Below are positions 27,142 through 30,687 of a DNA stretch of 30,687 bases, piece after piece (the first letter of the stretch is position 1; every line of letters begins with the position of its first letter). The stretch spans positions 1 through 30,687 of the IMG/VR virus record IMGVR_UViG_3300026105_000004. The stretch is one strand, 5' to 3'. The stretch is from a virus (taxonomy: Duplodnaviria; Caudoviricetes). The translations under genes and the position numbers were made by a program. Under the pieces are notes generated by a model. The model saw only the letters and a program-made list of their open reading frames with translations, did not search any database and had not been told where the DNA came from.

Positions 27142-27337
27142 TGCGGCCCCCTTGCTCTATATAGTCTGCAATCTCTCTGGCGATCCATCTTGTCGCGCCG
27201 TTGTATTTTCGTGGCGCTGGAAACGCGCCCTCAGCTTTCACCCAGTTCCAGATCGTTGCGCGGGTAACGCGAAATATAGACGCCACCTCTTGATCTGTGA
27301 GCAAAATGCCTGTCATTTCGTCCTCGTTGCTTTTCAT
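27128..27337 (-). CDS. AlpA/excisionase-like HTH protein
   Basis: LLTDQEVASIFRVTRATIWNWVK..GAFPAPRKYNGATRW. Confidence 0.85.
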   Translation of the reverse strand: MKSNEDEMTGILLTDQEVASIFRVTRATIWNWVKAEGAFPAPRKYNGATRWIAREIADYIEQGGRNDDR

Positions 27338-27360
27338 GGGTTTGCCTTTTCTGTGCAGTG

Positions 27361-27397
27361 CATTGACAAATATTGACTACATTAGGCGCATTGTCAA
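27361..27397 (-). promoter_or_regulatory. Sigma70-like promoter with overlapping TTGAC inverted repeats upstream of AlpA-primase
   Basis: Minus strand TTGACA-17 nt-AATATT; TTGACAA...TTGTCAA dyad plus a third TTGAC. Confidence 0.6.
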
Positions 27398-27419
27398 CGC
27401 CCATCTGACAAGCCACCCA

Positions 27420-27446
27420 CAAAAAAGGCGGCACCGAAGCGCCGCC
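27420..27446 (-). terminator. Intrinsic terminator after SSB-like gene
   Basis: GGCGGCGC-TTCG-GTGCCGCC-TTTTTT. Confidence 0.88.
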
Positions 27447-27472
27447 CTTAGATATAGCTTTGAGGCTATAGC

Positions 27473-28099
27473 TTAGAACTCAACGTCACCACTAGGAGCC
27501 GCCGCAGCGGGCGCAGGAGCGGGTTGTGGTGCCGGTTGCGGCGCTGGCGCAGGATCGGTCGCAATGCCTGCCGCAGCGCCTTCTTTGAGGCAGTCAGGGC
27601 GGTCTACCCACTGGATAATTTCAAGCACTGGAACCACGGTTGACCCGCGCTTGAACTGAAGCATCTGCGCTTCCTTCATCCGCACTTGCGGCAGCTTTCC
27701 TCCTGAGGGCTGCTTGTTCAGTTCGGGCGCTAGGTTTGTCAGCGCCTGCCACACAGCCGCGCCTGCCTGTTCCCATGTGGCTGTTTTGCCGCCACCGATT
27801 GCGACCGGAATGCTGAAACCTTTTTTGAAGTCTTCACCGGGCTGCTGCATCATCTGTGCGGGCGACGGATTCCACTTCCACTCTGGTGCCTGACCCGCGA
27901 TTCCTTCTGACTTCTGCCAGCCTGTCTTCATCTTTTCGATGTCCAGCACGATGCCGTTGCTGATGTCAAACGGCGTCTTACCGTTTTCATCGCGTACATA
28001 GAATGATTGCTGAGGGACTGTGCCGTCTTGTGTGCCGCGTGCTGACCACTGAAAGAATGGGCCGCTTGCGCCGTCATTACCTGTGTCGAGTTGAAACAT
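27473..28099 (-). CDS. Putative single-stranded DNA binding/annealing protein
   Basis: Start MFQLDTGN with AAGGA RBS; aromatic beta-rich core, PA-rich linker, acidic-Phe tail GDVEF; next to exonuclease. Confidence 0.65.
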   Translation of the reverse strand: MFQLDTGNDGASGPFFQWSARGTQDGTVPQQSFYVRDENGKTPFDISNGIVLDIEKMKTGWQKSEGIAGQAPEWKWNPSPAQMMQQPGEDFKKGFSIPVAIGGGKTATWEQAGAAVWQALTNLAPELNKQPSGGKLPQVRMKEAQMLQFKRGSTVVPVLEIIQWVDRPDCLKEGAAAGIATDPAPAPQPAPQPAPAPAAAAPSGDVEF

Positions 28100-28176
28100 T
28101 TTTGTCGTCCTTGTCGTCTTGGCCGATGATGGGCCGTTGGATGCCGCTGTAGCCCAGCGGTCAGGCATTCACGGTA

Positions 28177-28929
28177 TTAGCCGTAAAATTCTTCGCGCAA
28201 ATCTTCCGCGCCACGCCAGTAAAAACTTCCCGGATTGTGTGGCACGATCTTCCGCGCCGTTTCTTTGTCGCAGTGTTGCAAGAAACTTTCAAGTCTTGCG
28301 ATCTGCTTTTTTGCAGTTGCCAGCGTCTCGGCCACGTCGCCGTCTTCCAACAGGGCAGATTTCTTGCCGCTGACGTAGAGAAACTTGACGGCCATGTTGC
28401 CTTTGGCGGCTGCGTAGATGCACCGCTGAAGCTGGTGGTCAGCCGACATCTTTGACGGCACACGGCCTGTCGTCTTGAGGTCAATGACTGTGCCATGCTG
28501 CGGGAACACTAAATCAAGGTAGCCGATCACAGGGATCGTCCAGCCGTCACCTTTGGCCGTGATGCTGATCTTTTCCTGCTTGCTTTTCTCGTCTGAAAAC
28601 TCAGGCTTGCCAAACTCAAGCAATTCTTCAACCGATTGCTGCACCATCGGCTCAATCATGGCACGCTCTTTGCTTGTCGCCTCGTCACCAATCAAGAATC
28701 GCTTGTCAAACTTGTCGTGCGCCATCTGGATAGCCTCGGCTTCGCTGCCGCCCATGAGCGTATGCACCACCGCGTCCTCGACACAGATGCCGCGCCACGG
28801 CGCTGGCCCCATAGGGGTGCGCTTGCCGAACAGGTAGGACATCACCCAGACATCGGGCGCATTGGCCCACAGGTTGATGCTGGACGCGGATAGATGGTTG
28901 ATGCCGTGTTTTGTAAAGCCGTCAGTCAT
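28177..28929 (-). CDS. PD-(D/E)XK exonuclease (RecB/Cas4-like superfamily)
   Basis: HLSASSIN, E...GYLDL...IDLKTT...QRCIY motifs. Confidence 0.88.
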   Translation of the reverse strand: MTDGFTKHGINHLSASSINLWANAPDVWVMSYLFGKRTPMGPAPWRGICVEDAVVHTLMGGSEAEAIQMAHDKFDKRFLIGDEATSKERAMIEPMVQQSVEELLEFGKPEFSDEKSKQEKISITAKGDGWTIPVIGYLDLVFPQHGTVIDLKTTGRVPSKMSADHQLQRCIYAAAKGNMAVKFLYVSGKKSALLEDGDVAETLATAKKQIARLESFLQHCDKETARKIVPHNPGSFYWRGAEDLREEFYG

Positions 28930-29329
28930 TCATCATCTCCCTTGCGATCCAGCAAAACGCCTCAAGCGTCATTTCTGCCTGATGGTCTGCTCGGCATTCA
29001 CTGCCGAAAGCCTTGTATAGCGCCGTGAGCGGCACGACGCATCGAATGTCCCGGCGGTCGAATTTATAGATCACGCAGGGCAGCTTGCCTTCTGCGTCTG
29101 CCGCGCGTTCGGCCTGCTTCCACCATTGTGGTGCGCAGCCTGTGCCGTTGGCATAGCGTTTGCACTCTATGATGAACGGGAAGTCAGGATCGTCTGGCAC
29201 CAAGTCGCCGTGATCGGCTGCGCGGTACTGTTCGATGTCGCGCTTAAAGCTGACGCCTAGTTCTTCGTGCAGCATCTTGGCGACCTGACGTTCAAACGAC
29301 GCGCCTTTGTTCCTGCCATTGACCATCAC
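28922..29329 (-). CDS. Holliday junction resolvase-like PD-(D/E)XK nuclease
   Basis: RNKGASFERQVA...GDL...IECKRY...WWKQA. Confidence 0.82.
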   Translation of the reverse strand: MMVNGRNKGASFERQVAKMLHEELGVSFKRDIEQYRAADHGDLVPDDPDFPFIIECKRYANGTGCAPQWWKQAERAADAEGKLPCVIYKFDRRDIRCVVPLTALYKAFGSECRADHQAEMTLEAFCWIAREMMND

Positions 29330-29454
29330 GCCTTGCCCAGCGCAGCCCGCAGAACGTAGCGCGTGATTGACAGGCCAGCCTTTTCAGCGGCCTTGGCGAT
29401 CTGGTCATGTTCTTCTGGCGTCACGCGGGCGTGAATGACTTTGGTGCGTTTCAT
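29326..29454 (-). CDS. Ribbon-helix-helix regulator (42 aa), not in ORF track
   Basis: MKRTKVIHARVTPEEHDQIAKAAEKAGLSITRYVLRAALGKA; CAGGAG RBS; GTGATG coupling. Confidence 0.85.
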   Translation of the reverse strand: MKRTKVIHARVTPEEHDQIAKAAEKAGLSITRYVLRAALGKA

Positions 29455-29607
29455 CTTGCATCTCCTGTTGTGTTAGCCGCCCCAGACCCCGGCCCCAAAG
29501 GGCGCGAGTTTTTATCCATAAGGTTTACGTTAAGGTGTCGGGCCATAACGCCGAATGGTGATCGCGCCTAAGGCGGCTGTTAATTTGATACACAATCCAA
29601 AAAGGTG

Positions 29608-29636
29608 TTGCAAGTGTAAATCGTGTTGCATATAGT
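29608..29636 (+). promoter_or_regulatory. Sigma70 promoter of rightward operon
   Basis: TTGCAA-17 nt-TATAGT, 25 nt before ATG 29662 with AAGGAG RBS. Confidence 0.75.
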
Positions 29637-29661
29637 CGGGTGATGAAAAGGAGTAGCGACA

Positions 29662-29862
29662 ATGAGTATAATCACACATCATCTAGCAATCAAAGCAGCC
29701 GTGCAGCGTATTGAAAGCGCTTTGGATCGTGAGACAGACGCGCGTAACCGCGCCAAGGTGCCAAGCGACAAAGACGCCATCGAAAGCGCAATGATTGCGC
29801 GCCGCAGCGCGTATTATGACCTAAAAGCGGCTGTCGATGCGTTGATTGATGGGGGGATGTGA
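29662..29862 (+). CDS. Small helical hypothetical protein
   Basis: 66 aa with RBS, first gene of divergent operon. Confidence 0.75.
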   Translation: MSIITHHLAIKAAVQRIESALDRETDARNRAKVPSDKDAIESAMIARRSAYYDLKAAVDALIDGGM

Positions 29863-30687
29863 TGATTAGCGTTGTCCACACATTGCAGTGCTTAGACTAT
29901 TGGTTTGATACAGAGCAAGAAGTTCTCGACGCTATGGCACCTGACGAGCGCGCCGACCATGAAAGAATGCACAAAATGATTAAAGAAACTTTGTCGCAAT
30001 TCTGCCCATCGTGCCATGAGCCGGTTGATCATCCTTCTGGGGATGGCTGTGCTGCTATGACGAGACATAAAGGAGAAAAGCAAATGACCCAACAATTTAC
30101 CCAAAGCCCCGCCAAGGGTTCTCTGATTGCTTATAAGGCTTTTAATGAAAACATGCAGTGCCGTGGCTTCCAGTATGAGGTTGGGCAGACGTATACCCAC
30201 GATGGCCACGTAGAAATGTGCAGTTCGGGCTTCCACGCCTGCGAAAACCCGCTGGACACGCTGAACTACTATCCGTTGATAGGGTCTCGTTTTGCAATCG
30301 TTGAATACGCTGGCGAAGTTGAGCGTAAAAGCGAAAGCGATAGCAAGGTTTGCGGCGCAACGCTGACCGTCAAGGCCGAGGTGAAATTCGGGAGCCTGAT
30401 GGAAAAGGCCGTGGGTTACATCATCGGCAAGGCCAAAGAAGAGACATCGGGCCGCCATAGCCACGCCGCGACATTGGGCGACAACAGCCACGCCGCGACC
30501 TCGGGAGACCACAGCCACGCCGCGACATTGGGTTTCCACAGCCACGCCGCGACCCCGGGCTGCCACAGCCACGCCGCGACATTGGGCGACAACAGCCACG
30601 CCGCGACATCGGGAGACCAAAGCCACGCCGCGACATCGGGAGACTACAGCCACGCCGCGACATCGGGAGACTACAGCCACGCCGCGA
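29862..30687 (+). CDS. DUF7666-like protein with 9-aa tandem repeats; open from ATG 29862, internal start ATG 30084; runs off window
   Basis: AYKAFNENMQCRGFQYEVGQTY...CSSGFHACENPLDTLNYY then T-x-G-x-x-S-H-A-A repeats; absent from ORF track because no stop in window. Confidence 0.85.
   Translation, partial: MISVVHTLQCLDYWFDTEQEVLDAMAPDERADHERMHKMIKETLSQFCPSCHEPVDHPSGDGCAAMTRHKGEKQMTQQFTQSPAKGSLIAYKAFNENMQCRGFQYEVGQTYTHDGHVEMCSSGFHACENPLDTLNYYPLIGSRFAIVEYAGEVERKSESDSKVCGATLTVKAEVKFGSLMEKAVGYIIGKAKEETSGRHSHAATLGDNSHAATSGDHSHAATLGFHSHAATPGCHSHAATLGDNSHAATSGDQSHAATSGDYSHAATSGDYSHAA
30444..30687 (+). repeat. 27-bp coding tandem repeat, 9 units
   Basis: AGCCACGCCGCG every 27 nt from 30459 to 30675. 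Confidence 0.95.

Noticed and set aside
27128-27337. Evidence of temperate lifestyle from excisionase-like HTH
   Set aside because: No integrase, att site or host genes in the window; lifestyle cannot be called
28143-28215. tRNA-like start GCCGCTGTAGCCCAGCGGTCAGGCA on + strand
   Set aside because: No T-arm (GTTC) and no matching 3' acceptor strand; better explained as a hairpin on the minus-strand leader
28177-28929. Cas4 / CRISPR-associated nuclease
   Set aside because: Ordinary phage PD-(D/E)XK exonuclease in a recombination module; no clear four-Cys cluster and no array
29892-30680. 262-aa minus-strand repeat ORF
   Set aside because: Shadow of the plus-strand DUF7666-like gene, which has promoter, RBS and family motifs
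30444-30687. CRISPR-like array of constant and variable segments
   Set aside because: Period is 27 nt, variable parts are ~13 nt and similar to each other, and the array is in frame in a protein gene; no cas genes

Overview
The window is almost entirely one tailed-phage genome segment (short-tailed/podovirus-like, P22/SU10-type head, ejection proteins, no tape measure; alphaproteobacterial/marine host is a guess). Nearly all genes are on the minus strand. In transcription order (right to left): RHH regulator, Hjc-like resolvase, PD-(D/E)XK exonuclease, SSB/annealing-like protein, AlpA-like HTH, RepB-type primase-AAA helicase followed by an iteron-rich origin, small early genes, TerS/TerL, a Pro-rich protein, a two-ART-fold protein, three tiny basic ORFs, adaptor, tail genes (with an HNH-AP2 insertion), four ejection proteins, and only then portal-scaffold-major capsid, holin-like gene and amidase (truncated at the left edge). 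A divergent plus-strand operon starts near 29600 and ends in a 27-bp coding repeat at the right edge. Most striking: a 40-bp near-perfect inverted repeat inside an ejection gene that is antisense to the next gene's RBS and start codon. Also notable: an internal RBS/start that could give a hydrolase-less ejection isoform, a coupled chain of micro-ORFs missed by the ORF track, and structured 5' leaders. No integrase, tRNA or CRISPR array was seen. All family calls are from motif recognition, not database searches.
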